The notes: a model not told the origin generated them from the letters alone. A stretch of DNA of 64,000 bases from Abditibacterium sp. (GCA_965246885.1 OZ251992.1:1280001-1344000), one strand, 5' to 3'. Shown: positions 19,962-29,990, counted from the stretch's first letter. Made by a program: numbers and translations.

Positions 19962-20786
19962 TCACCCGGCACGGGGAAAGTTGAAGGCTATAATGGACTC
20001 TTCGACAACGGTCACGGGGATCCAAAGCGTTCTTCTCCCCACCTTCGCCCGTAGCCATTCCCTGTCGTCAATGGCATCGAACGTCACCAAAGTTCCGCGC
20101 GGGAAAGCAAGAGTCCTCGAATTCCAGTTCGGCGAGCGGTAGAAGCGCGCGTATTTATTCAGTTGAATCGAAATCTTGGAGCCTCCCTCGCCGGAAACCA
20201 TGCTGCGAGAAACAATCGGGCCGAGCGGCCTCTTGACCTTGTGCAGAATGCTGCGCCCGTTGAACCGCCACACATGGGAGAAGGTAATCCACTGATAACC
20301 CCGATGCTCGGTCAAAGTGCCGTCGCGGTTGAATCCGTGAACTTCTTCGAGCGGTGGCGAGACCTGCCGTAACTGCCCGCGTTGCCAGCGATAAATTTTG
20401 GTGAGCCGCAAGGTGGGTTCATATTCACTTTCCGTGTCGACAAACAAAAAGCGCGGCCCCTTGTGATGCTGGGGGATGAAGCTGCAATCAGTTATGCGGT
20501 CATGGTTAAGCCACCGCAATGGCCAGCGTTTGCCGTTAATCGAAAGCACAAACCAGTCGGCCCCCGACTTTAGCGGCCCTTGCCCTTCCTTGAACGTCTG
20601 AAGAGAAACCCACTCACGCTTGCCGTCCCCATCTAAGTCCACGTGCAAAGACCGCCCGTTGGGTTCGACGTGCGGAAACAAATAAACGGGTTGAGCGGCA
20701 GCGCGCCGCCCCAAGAGTGCGCACCACAGCGCCACCCCCGCACCAATCGCGCGATGAAATATCACTCCATTGATGTTATCAAACAA
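19962..20786 (-). CDS. Hypothetical exported protein
   Basis: Signal-like N-terminus, DLDGDG motif, possible C-terminal SH3b-like segment; start uncertain. Confidence 0.6.
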   Translation of the reverse strand: MFDNINGVIFHRAIGAGVALWCALLGRRAAAQPVYLFPHVEPNGRSLHVDLDGDGKREWVSLQTFKEGQGPLKSGADWFVLSINGKRWPLRWLNHDRITDCSFIPQHHKGPRFLFVDTESEYEPTLRLTKIYRWQRGQLRQVSPPLEEVHGFNRDGTLTEHRGYQWITFSHVWRFNGRSILHKVKRPLGPIVSRSMVSGEGGSKISIQLNKYARFYRSPNWNSRTLAFPRGTLVTFDAIDDREWLRAKVGRRTLWIPVTVVEESIIAFNFPRAG

Positions 20787-20792
20787 TTCCCT

Positions 20793-21449
20793 TTACACCA
20801 GGAACTCCCGCAAGGTGGATTCCAATTCGGCGGGCACGAGGATGAGCAACAGGTCGCCCGGTTGGAAGATGGTGTCGCCCGATGGGATGTGGCCCTCGTT
20901 GTCGCGCAGTGTGGCAATCACAAGGCACTGCGCGGGAAAGGTCAGGTCGCCCAAGCGCGCGCCGTTAAGCGGCGAGTGCTCTTCGACGATGATCTCTATC
21001 ACTTCGAGGCTGGAGCGTTCGAGCGCGCCGAGCAAGACGACGGGCGAGCGGGCCATCTTTTGACCGAGCATATTGAGCACCGTCGCCGTCCCGGAAACGC
21101 GCTCGTGAATGCCGAGCTTTTCAAAAAGCGCCTCGTTGTCGGGGTTGTTGACGCGCGCAATGACGCGCGGGCGGGCAAAGCAACCCTGCGCCATTTGCGC
21201 GATAACGAGGTTGTCGGCGTCGTCGCCCGTCGCGGCGAAAAGCAGGTCGGCGCGCTGGATGCCCGCGTTCTTGAGCGTGAGCGGGTCGCAGCCATCGCCG
21301 TTCATCACCACATCGCCCAACTCCGACGCCAAGCGCGCGAAGTGGCCGGGGTGCTTTTCGAGCAAGCAGACCTCGTAGTCGCGGTTAATCAAAGAGCGGG
21401 ACAGGTAGTAGCCAATCTTGCCGCCACCGATAATAATTGCATAAGCCAT
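20793..21449 (-). CDS. TrkA-family potassium uptake regulatory protein (RCK_N + RCK_C)
   Basis: IIGGGKIG, GDGCD, ATGDDADN, IPSGDTIFQPGD. Confidence 0.9.
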   Translation of the reverse strand: MAYAIIIGGGKIGYYLSRSLINRDYEVCLLEKHPGHFARLASELGDVVMNGDGCDPLTLKNAGIQRADLLFAATGDDADNLVIAQMAQGCFARPRVIARVNNPDNEALFEKLGIHERVSGTATVLNMLGQKMARSPVVLLGALERSSLEVIEIIVEEHSPLNGARLGDLTFPAQCLVIATLRDNEGHIPSGDTIFQPGDLLLILVPAELESTLREFLV

Positions 21450-21452
21450 GAT

Positions 21453-21911
21453 TTAAAGCAGGTCGCTGGCGTCTCCTGACACGCTCGCTTCGCCGGGCAG
21501 TTCGGGGAACTCGCCTTTGAGCGCCCATAGTTCGAGCAGGCCCTCGACGACCGTTGTAACGCACAGCGTTTCGATGCCCATCTCCCGATACTTCGCGGCG
21601 CGGATGGGGTCTTTGAGGCGGGCCACCACGCGCTCGCGCCCGAACTGCGTTTTGGCGATTTGCACGATCATCAGGTTACGGTTGTCGCCGCCCGTTGTGG
21701 CCATCACGATGTCGGCAGTTTTGACGCCCGCCTTCTTGAGGGTTTCGGCATCCGTCCCGGAGCCTTGAAACGTCGGGCCGCGAAAGTCGCCGCCCAAGCG
21801 AGCAAACGCGTCGCGCGTGTCGTCCACGACGGCAATGCTGTGGCCGCCGCGTTCCAGCCGAATCGCCAAGCGCGACCCGACGCGGCCACAGCCGATAATA
21901 AGGATGTTCAT
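21453..21911 (-). CDS. TrkA_N (RCK_N) domain protein
   Basis: IIGCGRVG, TGGDNRN. Confidence 0.88.
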   Translation of the reverse strand: MNILIIGCGRVGSRLAIRLERGGHSIAVVDDTRDAFARLGGDFRGPTFQGSGTDAETLKKAGVKTADIVMATTGGDNRNLMIVQIAKTQFGRERVVARLKDPIRAAKYREMGIETLCVTTVVEGLLELWALKGEFPELPGEASVSGDASDLL

Positions 21912-21958
21912 TTGAAAAGGTTAGGCGGGCAGGGCGCTCAGTCTGCCACTCCCGCCGC

Positions 21959-23986
21959 TTACTCCGGCGTTCCGTTGCGCGCCGAAACGTAGGACGCCAA
22001 GTTGCCCGTAGGCTCGCCGCCCACTTGCAGGCCGATATCGTTGCGGGCCGCGACTTCCTCTTTCTCCGACATGAAGCTGACGATGTGATACGGCACGTTG
22101 ACCACCACTACGCCGGGAATGAAATGGAGCCGCACCGCGAGCGCCAAGCCCGCGCGCCCGTGCAAGAGTTTGGGAAACCAGCCGGTCGGCTCGAATTCGG
22201 GGATGACGACGATGACTAAGCTTTGCGGGTCGCGCGTCCGGAGTTGCTGAACGTGGGTCACGATTGGCTCGACCAAGGTGCGGTAGGGAGAGGGCAGAAC
22301 GGTGAGGGGCATGCCGCGCGAATACAGCATCCAGCGTTGCCGCACGCGGGCTTCGCGCGTCGGGTCAATCGAGACGTGCACGGCCCGCGCTTCGCTCGAC
22401 ATGGAGCGGGCCAGTTGCATCGCGGGTATGATGCCCCGGTGGATGTCCGGCACAAGCAGCAACACGTGGTTGCGCACGCCCTGCGTGGGACGGTAGCCGT
22501 CCATCGAAAGCTGGCGCCGCACGCTCCGGTAATGCGCTTGGATGCGCCCAAAGAGCGCAATGAGAAGCGGAATCAGGATGATGACGACATACGCCCCATC
22601 CTTGAACTTCACCATGCCGAACACGATCATCACCACAAAAGTGCAGAACGCGCCAAAGCCGTTGACGCCCGCCCGCATTTGCCAACCGCGCTCTTTGAGG
22701 CGGCGCCAACGCTGCACCATCCCGGCTTGCGAGAGGGTAAAACTCAGGAAGACGCCGATGGCATACAACGGGATAAGCGCATCAACGGAGCCGCGAAACA
22801 CGCCAATCAAGACGATGGAGAAGAGCGCCAGAACGATAATGCCTCGGTCGAAGACTAACTTGTCGCCGATGTTAGCGAACTGGCGGGGCAGGAACCCGTC
22901 GCGCGCCATGAGCGCCGACAAGCGCGGGAAGTCGGCAAACGAGGTGTTGGCCGCCAATACCAGAATCAGCGCCGTCGCTATCTGGAGGATGGAGTAGAAA
23001 ATCTTGCCCGTTGGCGAGTGCGCCGTGTCAAATACTGAGCGACCCACCTGCGAGATTACCGTTTCGCCAAGCGCGTCCTTGGCACCGGGCAACCCGGCAA
23101 TCGAGGGCAGGGCGTTGATATGCGTGGCCAGAAACGACAGCCCCAAGAACACGCTGCCCAGAATCGAGGCCATCCACAGCATCGTCGTCGCGGCGTTTTT
23201 CGAGGCCGGTTCGCGGAACGCGGGTACGCCGTTGGAAATCGCTTCCACACCCGTCAAGGCCGTGCAACCCGACGCGAACGCATGAAGCAACAGGAACAGC
23301 GTAACCGCCTCCCCATTGACCAAATGGTTCTCGCGTAGCGCGCCCGCTTGGGCAAATTCTTGCGCCGTGTGAACGGGAATTAGCGTGCCCGTCACCAGCT
23401 TATAAAAGCCTACGCCCAGCACGACGTACATCATGGAGACAAAGGCGTAGGTCGGCACGGCAAAAACGGCGCCGCTTTCCTTCAGGCCGCGCAGGTTGAG
23501 CACCGCGATGAACAGCACCGCCGCAATGCACATCCACACCACCTCGGTTTGGCTCAGCATATGCCCACTGTTTTGGAGGAGCGAGGCAATGGCCGCCACG
23601 CCCGCCGCCACCGACACCGAAACGGTCAGGATGTAGTCAATGAGTAAGGCCGCGCCCGCCGCCATCGCCGCCAAGTCGCCGAGGTTCTCGTGCGCCACGA
23701 TGTAGGCGCCGCCACCGGACGGGTAGGCCATCACCGTTTGGCGGTAGCTGGTGGTGACAATGGCCAGCAGAATCACGATGCCCAGCGACAGCCAAGGCGT
23801 CAGTCCAAAGTTCGCCGTGCCCGCCACAAGCAGCGCCGCCATGATTTCTTCGCTTGCATACGCGACCGAGGAAAGCGCGTCCGACGCAAAAACAGGCAGG
23901 GCGATGAGCTTGGTTAGCTTTTGGTGGTCAGCGTGTTCGGTGGCAACGGGCCGACCGATTACCATGCGCCGGAGAGAAAAGGCCAT
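21959..23986 (-). CDS. APC-family permease (KimA/YdaO-like potassium transporter)
   Basis: FASDALSSVAYA, YPSGGGAY, GCTALTGVEAISNG, LIPLYAIGVF; co-directional with the two trkA genes. Confidence 0.88.
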   Translation of the reverse strand: MAFSLRRMVIGRPVATEHADHQKLTKLIALPVFASDALSSVAYASEEIMAALLVAGTANFGLTPWLSLGIVILLAIVTTSYRQTVMAYPSGGGAYIVAHENLGDLAAMAAGAALLIDYILTVSVSVAAGVAAIASLLQNSGHMLSQTEVVWMCIAAVLFIAVLNLRGLKESGAVFAVPTYAFVSMMYVVLGVGFYKLVTGTLIPVHTAQEFAQAGALRENHLVNGEAVTLFLLLHAFASGCTALTGVEAISNGVPAFREPASKNAATTMLWMASILGSVFLGLSFLATHINALPSIAGLPGAKDALGETVISQVGRSVFDTAHSPTGKIFYSILQIATALILVLAANTSFADFPRLSALMARDGFLPRQFANIGDKLVFDRGIIVLALFSIVLIGVFRGSVDALIPLYAIGVFLSFTLSQAGMVQRWRRLKERGWQMRAGVNGFGAFCTFVVMIVFGMVKFKDGAYVVIILIPLLIALFGRIQAHYRSVRRQLSMDGYRPTQGVRNHVLLLVPDIHRGIIPAMQLARSMSSEARAVHVSIDPTREARVRQRWMLYSRGMPLTVLPSPYRTLVEPIVTHVQQLRTRDPQSLVIVVIPEFEPTGWFPKLLHGRAGLALAVRLHFIPGVVVVNVPYHIVSFMSEKEEVAARNDIGLQVGGEPTGNLASYVSARNGTPE

Positions 23987-24182
23987 AGAAAGGCGCCCCC
24001 GCAAGGGCGCGAAGAAGAGGGCGCGGCGGGCGAAACATGCTGGAAACCGTTTCGCCCGCTTTTTTGCGCTCCCCCGATATTTTGCAAGGCCGCGCCGTTT
24101 CTGTCCACTGCCTTTTGCCAATGAAAATCCCAAGATATTCCCGCCGCGTCTGCCGAACAGAAATCGCCATCGGCGACGGGAT

Positions 24183-24322
24183 GATAGACCTCTGTCACCG
24201 TTCGACAGACGTGCGTCATCGCTTGGCAGACGTGCGGGAATCACTAACAGACATGCGCCATCGCTCGACAGACGCGTGGGAATCACTGACAGACGTATGG
24301 GAATCGCTGACAGACATCTGTC
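24183..24322. repeat. 21-bp-period tandem array (GACAGACGT family), 7 units
   Basis: Units start at 24183, 24204, 24225, 24246, 24267, 24288, 24309. Confidence 0.85.
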
Positions 24323-24336
24323 GTCGCGCGGCGGAG

Positions 24337-24939
24337 TTACGGTTTTGGGGTGCCGGTGGTGGTCGGTACGGGGGTGGGGGTGGGCGTCGCCGATAGGACG
24401 ATGGGCGCTTTCAGAACTTGGAGCGCAAGTGTTCCTGTTGTGGGCGCCGCGTCAGTCGGCGAGTAGGTGCTGGATAGCGTGAGAGTTTGGCCGACGTTGA
24501 AGGGGCCGGAAATGACGAAAGTGCGTTGCGGCACGAAGGCGCCGCGCAGGTTGACCGTCGGCGTGCCGTTAATCTGCGACAGCGAGGCGGTGCCAGTCAC
24601 TTGATACGTCGCGGGCGCGGGGATGAAAGCGTCGGGCAAGGCACGGGTTTTGACGGTGCCCGTGACGGCGGCGGAAGTCATCGTGCCCGCCATCGGGCCG
24701 AGAATCTCCACGTAGCCGTAGACCGGCTGCGTGGCGAGGGTGTTGGGGTTATAGGTGACGCTCAGATTGCCGCTCGTCACGCTCGTGGCGCCGTCGAGGA
24801 AGTTGAGGCCCGTCTTGTAATAAACGAGACCCGAACCCGATCCGGAACCCCCGCCGCCACAACCGGGAAGCAAAGCCAAGGCGGGCAAAGCCAAAAGCGC
24901 CGCGCCCGCGAGGGGACGCCAGAAAAAGCGAGAGAACAT
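24337..24939 (-). CDS. Hypothetical lipoprotein
   Basis: MFSRFF... lipobox LPGC followed by a GGGGSG linker; PT-rich tail. Confidence 0.7.
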   Translation of the reverse strand: MFSRFFWRPLAGAALLALPALALLPGCGGGGSGSGSGLVYYKTGLNFLDGATSVTSGNLSVTYNPNTLATQPVYGYVEILGPMAGTMTSAAVTGTVKTRALPDAFIPAPATYQVTGTASLSQINGTPTVNLRGAFVPQRTFVISGPFNVGQTLTLSSTYSPTDAAPTTGTLALQVLKAPIVLSATPTPTPVPTTTGTPKP

Positions 24940-25083
24940 GGGAAAGCCGGGCACCACGCGCGCCCGATGCGCCCAGTGTGCCATATCGCCGCTTGCTTTT
25001 GAACGGATTTGGCCGCTCCTTCGCCTCTTTTCCTTTTTCGCAGGCTCTAATCCTTTCGCGCCCCAAGTGGCGCCCTTCGCACT

Positions 25084-25626
25084 ATGAACCGCACCCATCT
25101 CGTCGCGGGCGCCTCGCTCGCCCTGTCTGCTCTCGCTTCTCCGCGCGCCGCGCGCGCCCAAACTACCGGTCTTGTGCCCGTTCGCGTTAAAATCGGCGCG
25201 CTTTTGCCCTCGCAAGCCGGAGCCAAACGGCAGTCCGGCTCCGTCATCCCCTCTGCCGAAGTGGACGTGCGCATCCCCGGCTTTTTGGGCGGCTCGACCG
25301 CATCCATCGGCTACCAAGAGCGCGGCAAAAGCGGCGGCAAACTGCGCGTGGTTCCGCTCACCCTGTCCCGCACCTTTTCGCCGCCCAACCCTGCGGGGCG
25401 CGCGACGGGCAACGTGTATGCGGGCATTGGCGCTGGCCCGTATTTCCTGCAAGGCCGCCAAGCCGGAAGCGCATCCAAATCGGTCACGACGCTCGGCGGC
25501 TTCGCGCAAATCGGCTACCAAACGCCTTCCAAGTTCTTCGTCGAGGCCAAGTATCAAATCACCGCCCAGAAAGTCGCGGGCCTCTCGCCCAACGGCTTGC
25601 TCCTCTTCGTCGGCACGACGTTTTAA
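25084..25626 (+). CDS. Small outer-membrane beta-barrel protein
   Basis: Signal peptide, YAGIGAGPY, FFVEAKY, C-terminal Phe. Confidence 0.75.
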   Translation: MNRTHLVAGASLALSALASPRAARAQTTGLVPVRVKIGALLPSQAGAKRQSGSVIPSAEVDVRIPGFLGGSTASIGYQERGKSGGKLRVVPLTLSRTFSPPNPAGRATGNVYAGIGAGPYFLQGRQAGSASKSVTTLGGFAQIGYQTPSKFFVEAKYQITAQKVAGLSPNGLLLFVGTTF

Positions 25627-25688
25627 AGATACCTGATGCCGCCCGCGCCGCCTTTTGAACGCGCGGGGCGGCGTTTACACTCTCTCGT

Positions 25689-27020
25689 ATGCTGCTCAAA
25701 CCGGGCGAATCGCTGCAAGGGCGCGATGCCTCTTACGAGATCGTCGAGATTCTGGGCCAAGGCTCCTACGGCACGGTCTTTCGCGCCCGCGACGAGAACG
25801 CCAACTTCGTCGTCGTCAAACAGTTCTTCGATACCGGCTCGGCGTCCAAAGAAGACTTCGCCTATCAACGCAAGCTGTTCTGGCGCGAGGCCGAAATCCT
25901 CTCGCAGATCAACAATCCCAAGATCGTCCGCTTCATCGAACGTTTGCCCGACACCGGGGAGATGCCGCTTGACGGCGATCTGTTCTTGGTCATGGAACTT
26001 GTCCAAGGCCAAACGCTCCGCCGCGTCTTTGACGACTACCGCGCCGCCAACAACAACCAACCTCTGCCACCGGAGAACGTCGCTGCCGTTGGCATCGAGC
26101 TTTGCGAGGCGCTCGATTACCTCCATTCCCTGCCGGGGCAAATCATCTACCGCGATCTCAAGCCCGACAACGTGATGTGGGACAGCGTCGGACAGCGTTG
26201 CAAGCTCATTGACTTCGGGACGGCGCGCTTTACCGACCAGTCTAAACGCGCGACGCAGGGCTTGGGCACCGAGGGCTACGCGCCGCCGGAACTTTATTCG
26301 TCGCGCGCCGAACTTGGCTTTTACACCGACACCTACACCATCGGCGCTCTCTTGTATGAACTGTTGACCGGCGACACGCCCGACCCCAAGGCCACCCCTT
26401 CGCATTTTCGCGGCTTCGACGCACTTATTCCCGCCGCCTTGCAGGAGGTCGTTATCCACAGTTTGCAACTCGACCCGCAAGCGCGATACCCAACGGCAGG
26501 CGCCATGCGCGAGGCGTTGGAAAATACTTCACTTGCCCCCGACGAACCGGCGCTTGAAGCCGTCGGCGCCCCGCGCGCCACCAACTTGCACCCGCTCCTT
26601 TCCTGCTTTTGCCCGAACTGCGGCGCCGTTCCCAAGACCGACAAAGCCATCTACTGCGGCAAGTGTCGCGGCCTGATTCACACCGTCATGCTCCGCGTCC
26701 TGCCGCGCAACGCGCCGCCCGCGCTCTTGTATTTGCAAAAGTCCGAGTCGCTCCTTGGCCGCACCGACCCCGACGGCGGCGTCTTTCCCGACGTAGATTT
26801 AAGCCGTTTCGACGCGGGCCGCTTCGTCTCTCGCCGCCATGCCCAAATCAAGCGTGACGGCGTGAGATTCTTTCTCACCGCTTTCAAAACGCTCAACCCC
26901 ACGCGCGTCGGCGGCTTCGCCGTCGCCCAAGATGCCACCGTCCCTCTCGAAAACGAGGTGCGGCTTGAGTTCGCCGACCTCGTTTGTAACTTCGTCGTGC
27001 GCCCCGTCGTGAACCCGTAG
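25689..27020 (+). CDS. Ser/Thr protein kinase with zinc ribbon and C-terminal FHA domain
   Basis: GQGSYG, VVK, YRDLKPDN, DFG, GTEGYAPPE; CPNC..CGKC; LGR...VSRRHA. Confidence 0.92.
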   Translation: MLLKPGESLQGRDASYEIVEILGQGSYGTVFRARDENANFVVVKQFFDTGSASKEDFAYQRKLFWREAEILSQINNPKIVRFIERLPDTGEMPLDGDLFLVMELVQGQTLRRVFDDYRAANNNQPLPPENVAAVGIELCEALDYLHSLPGQIIYRDLKPDNVMWDSVGQRCKLIDFGTARFTDQSKRATQGLGTEGYAPPELYSSRAELGFYTDTYTIGALLYELLTGDTPDPKATPSHFRGFDALIPAALQEVVIHSLQLDPQARYPTAGAMREALENTSLAPDEPALEAVGAPRATNLHPLLSCFCPNCGAVPKTDKAIYCGKCRGLIHTVMLRVLPRNAPPALLYLQKSESLLGRTDPDGGVFPDVDLSRFDAGRFVSRRHAQIKRDGVRFFLTAFKTLNPTRVGGFAVAQDATVPLENEVRLEFADLVCNFVVRPVVNP

Positions 27021-27036
27021 CGCGTCCGATGAAGAG

Positions 27037-27103
27037 GATTGGAAGGAGGCGGTAGCCCCGCTCCCGTTATTGGCGGGAGCGGGGCTACCGCCTCCTTCCA
27101 ATC
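27037..27103. repeat. REP-like hairpin (GATTGGAAGG..CGGTAGCCCCGC family), copy 1
   Basis: 30-bp perfect arms; second copy at 28685-28747. Confidence 0.9.
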
Positions 27104-27137
27104 AATCGCCCCCAAATCGCGCAGCTTACCAAAAATC

Positions 27138-28634
27138 ATGTCTCCTAACTCATCCGAACACCCGCCCGCTACCGTCGCCCCGTCCGACGACACCGCTTCC
27201 ACCCCGCGCGTGGTCAAGCCGCTTGTCGTGGGCGCGTTTTTGAACGGCGAACTGGAAATCGTCGAGGTTCTCGCGCGCGGGCCGGTCAATTTCTACCGCG
27301 CCAACGCGGGCGGGTGGGGCGACAACGAATGGAAATGGGTGTTGGAACGCGCCGCCGTTTCCGAGCAGCCCCTCGCCGCGCCCGCCGATGAGTTTTTCGC
27401 GCCCGCCGAACGCTTCATCGCCGACGAGCGCGAATACGCCGTGTATGACTACGACGTTCGCACGCCGTTTTCCGATTGGCGCGCGCCCGCGAACGACGAC
27501 ACGTTTCTCTCGCTCATTTCGCCCTTGGCGCGTGCCTTGGAATCCTTGGAAAGCGCCGGACTGAGCGCGCACCTTGACCCCGACGCGCTGTGGTTCGAGG
27601 AAGAAGGGTTGCGATTCTTCGGCTTTGTTGACGCGCCCGCCCCGTCCAATGTGGGCGCGCTCGCTTCGCTTGCCGCGCTCAGTTCCACCCTCGCCAAAGC
27701 GCACCTCGCGCCGCGCGCCACGCTGCGCTTGGACGACGTGTGGGCCGCGTTGCCGTTCTCCGTCGAGTTAAAAAGTTGGGCGGGCGCGCTCGAATCGGGC
27801 GCGTTCGCCTCGATTGCCGACGCGCGCGCCGCGCTTGACCGCTTCGCCATGCCCGCGCGGACGGAGATTGCCGTGCAAACCGATGTCGGCTTGGAGCGCG
27901 ACCACAACGAGGACGGCGTTCTCAGTCTGTCGCTCCGACGCGCCGCGCAAAGCGGGGTTTTGGGTGTGGAGCTGCTCGCCGTCGCCGATGGCATGGGCGG
28001 GCACGAGGCGGGCGAAGTCGCGTCCCAAACCGCGCTCGACGCCCTGCAAAGCGCGCTACTTGCGCGGATGGGCACCGACTGGAACGACAACTTCGCGCTC
28101 CTTGGGTTGGGCCGAGACCTCATCGTCGCCGTCAACGCGGCGGTCATTGCCCAAAACGAAGCGCCGCCTTTTGCCGCCATGCGCCAGAAACCGGGCACGA
28201 CTTTGGTGTTCGCGCTTCGCGTCGGGCGCCGCTTATTGGTGGGAAACGTCGGCGACTCCCGCGCTCTCCGATGGAGCGCCGAGCGCGATTTAGAACTGCT
28301 CACGAAAGATCACTCCTACGTCCAAGACCTGTTGGACGCGGGCAAGATTACGCCCGAAGAAGCGTGGGCGCACCCCGACGGCTCCATCATCACCAGTCAC
28401 ATCGGCATGACGCGCGGCCTCTTGTCGGACGTGTTCCTCCATTTAGTCGCGCCGGGCGAGCGCCTGTTCTTGGTTTCCGATGGCGTCGTGGACACCCTGC
28501 GCGACCCGCAAATCGCCGAGGTCGTCCAAACCGCGCCCGACGCCGCGACGCTCTGCCGCTACCTCGTCAACGCCGCGAACGACGCGGGCGGAATCGACAA
28601 TATCTCCGTCGCGGCGCTGTTTTTCGAGGCGTGA
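27138..28634 (+). CDS. PP2C-family Ser/Thr phosphatase with a degenerate kinase-like N-terminal domain
   Basis: TDVGLERDHNED, VADGMGGH, GTT, NVGDSR, DHS, SDG, GGIDNIS. Confidence 0.92.
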   Translation: MSPNSSEHPPATVAPSDDTASTPRVVKPLVVGAFLNGELEIVEVLARGPVNFYRANAGGWGDNEWKWVLERAAVSEQPLAAPADEFFAPAERFIADEREYAVYDYDVRTPFSDWRAPANDDTFLSLISPLARALESLESAGLSAHLDPDALWFEEEGLRFFGFVDAPAPSNVGALASLAALSSTLAKAHLAPRATLRLDDVWAALPFSVELKSWAGALESGAFASIADARAALDRFAMPARTEIAVQTDVGLERDHNEDGVLSLSLRRAAQSGVLGVELLAVADGMGGHEAGEVASQTALDALQSALLARMGTDWNDNFALLGLGRDLIVAVNAAVIAQNEAPPFAAMRQKPGTTLVFALRVGRRLLVGNVGDSRALRWSAERDLELLTKDHSYVQDLLDAGKITPEEAWAHPDGSIITSHIGMTRGLLSDVFLHLVAPGERLFLVSDGVVDTLRDPQIAEVVQTAPDAATLCRYLVNAANDAGGIDNISVAALFFEA

Positions 28635-28684
28635 AGCGACGTTGCGCCACCAATAGGCAAGGAGTTTCCTGCTTCGAGGAAGCC

Positions 28685-28747
28685 GATTGGAAGGGTGCGG
28701 TAGCCCCGCCAATTTGGTCGAAGCGGGGCTACCGCACCCTTCCAATC
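28685..28747. repeat. REP-like hairpin (GATTGGAAGG family), copy 2
   Basis: 25-bp perfect arms with compensatory changes relative to copy 1. Confidence 0.9.
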
Positions 28748-28860
28748 AAATGCACATCTCGCCGGGACTGTGCGTGACGACTTTTCGCCCCACGCGAGGA
28801 GGCCAATCGCCGCATGGCCCGTCAGTTTCACATCCTTTCTTGGAGGGAGTAACACCAAGT

Positions 28861-28967
28861 CCGGTAGTGGGGTGTTCGTTTGGAGTGCGCCCGTGAGGGC
28901 GTGCCGTTTGCGGCTGTGCCCATTCACGCCCTCACGGGCGCACTCCAAACGAATGCCCTACGACCGG
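28861..28967. repeat. REP-like inverted repeat (TTGGAGTGCGCCCGTGAGGGCGTG)
   Basis: Perfect 29-bp arms at 28875-28903 and 28925-28953, with an imperfect outer extension. Confidence 0.85.
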
Positions 28968-28981
28968 ACAGTGAGTAACAA

Positions 28982-29239
28982 ATGAACAAACACCTCGGAA
29001 CAACACCCCTGCACGACGACGCTCCCGAAGATTGGGAGCGTATCCTTAAACGCGCCGCTATCGTGCAACACTTGCGCGCGTTGGATGCATCGGGCGCAAG
29101 CGCATCTCCCGGCGCGACGCCGCTTCGCAATCCAACGCTCGAAGACAGGGCGTGAATGCTCAAACGCGCCGCCATCGTTCAACGCACGCGCGCATTGGAA
29201 GAAGCGCTGGCCGCTTCCTCCACTCCCACCCCTGCTTGA
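28982..29239 (+). pseudogene. Possible small internally duplicated gene interrupted by an in-frame TGA
   Basis: EDWERILKRAAIVQHLRALD and EDRA*MLKRAAIVQRTRALE lie in the same frame. Confidence 0.35.
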
Positions 29240-29407
29240 CGCGCAAGAGGCCTTCGACCAATACAACGCGGCGGGCGGGGAAAGTTGGGTCAGGCGGGAC
29301 GTTTTCGAGGGTTTGTGACCAAAAGAAGCGAAGACCCTATGGCCAAATAGGAGCCGCGCCCCAAAGTCGCGGACGACGGCGACGGTTTAGTGCGCGCTCC
29401 TCTGTGA

Positions 29408-29544
29408 ACCCGGCGAATCCATTCACCCCCAGAGAAAGGTCTGCCCTGATTCCATCGGGCGCCCAGCCTTCGCGGACACAGAGGCAGTTCGTCGCGGCAA
29501 CGAAGGTTGACGCTTTTCTCTGACCGCGAATGGATTCGCCGGGG
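29408..29544. repeat. Long imperfect hairpin; REP doublet of the GCGAATnnATTC family
   Basis: CCCGGCGAATCCATTC pairs with GAATGGATTCGCCGGG; inner pairs CAGAGAAAG/CTTTTCTCTG and CAGCCTTCG/CGAAGGTTG. Confidence 0.7.
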
Positions 29545-29754
29545 TAGTGCAGGCTTGCAGCGCGCCCGTTGCTCTTGTGAATGTGACTGCCGTGCCATTT
29601 CGTGCGCCTTTTACGCTGTTTCGCGCGCCCTTTATGCCGTTCAGAAAGCCCGAAATGCACTTTAGAGAGGATTTTCCGCTTTTTAGCGTGCCCATCGGAG
29701 CATTTGTCGCGGCACTCGACCCTTTTATCGTCACTGATAGCCGCCGAGGGAGGA

Positions 29755-29990
29755 AAACAAAAGGCCGGGGTCAAAAACAATACGCCGGGGGCAAGAAACA
29801 AGAGGTCGTGGGAAAGAAAAAATACGCCGGGGGAGCAAAACAAAGGGCCGGGGACATGCTACAAGGCGCCGGGGACGTGCTAAACGGGGCCGGGGGAGCA
29901 AAACAAGGCGCCGGGGACGTGCTAAACGGAGCCGGGGACGTGCTAAACGAGGCCGGGGGAGCAAAACAAAGGGCCGGGGACATACTGCAA
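29755..29990. repeat. 21-bp-period tandem array (GCCGGGG core), about 11 units
   Basis: Cores at 29764, 29784, 29805, 29826, 29847, 29868, 29889, 29910, 29931, 29952, 29973. Confidence 0.85.

Noticed and set aside
29408..29544. Retron ncRNA
   Set aside because: It lies 3.6 kb downstream of the RT beyond convergent genes and shares a REP core with 549-628; 41640-41910 fits better.
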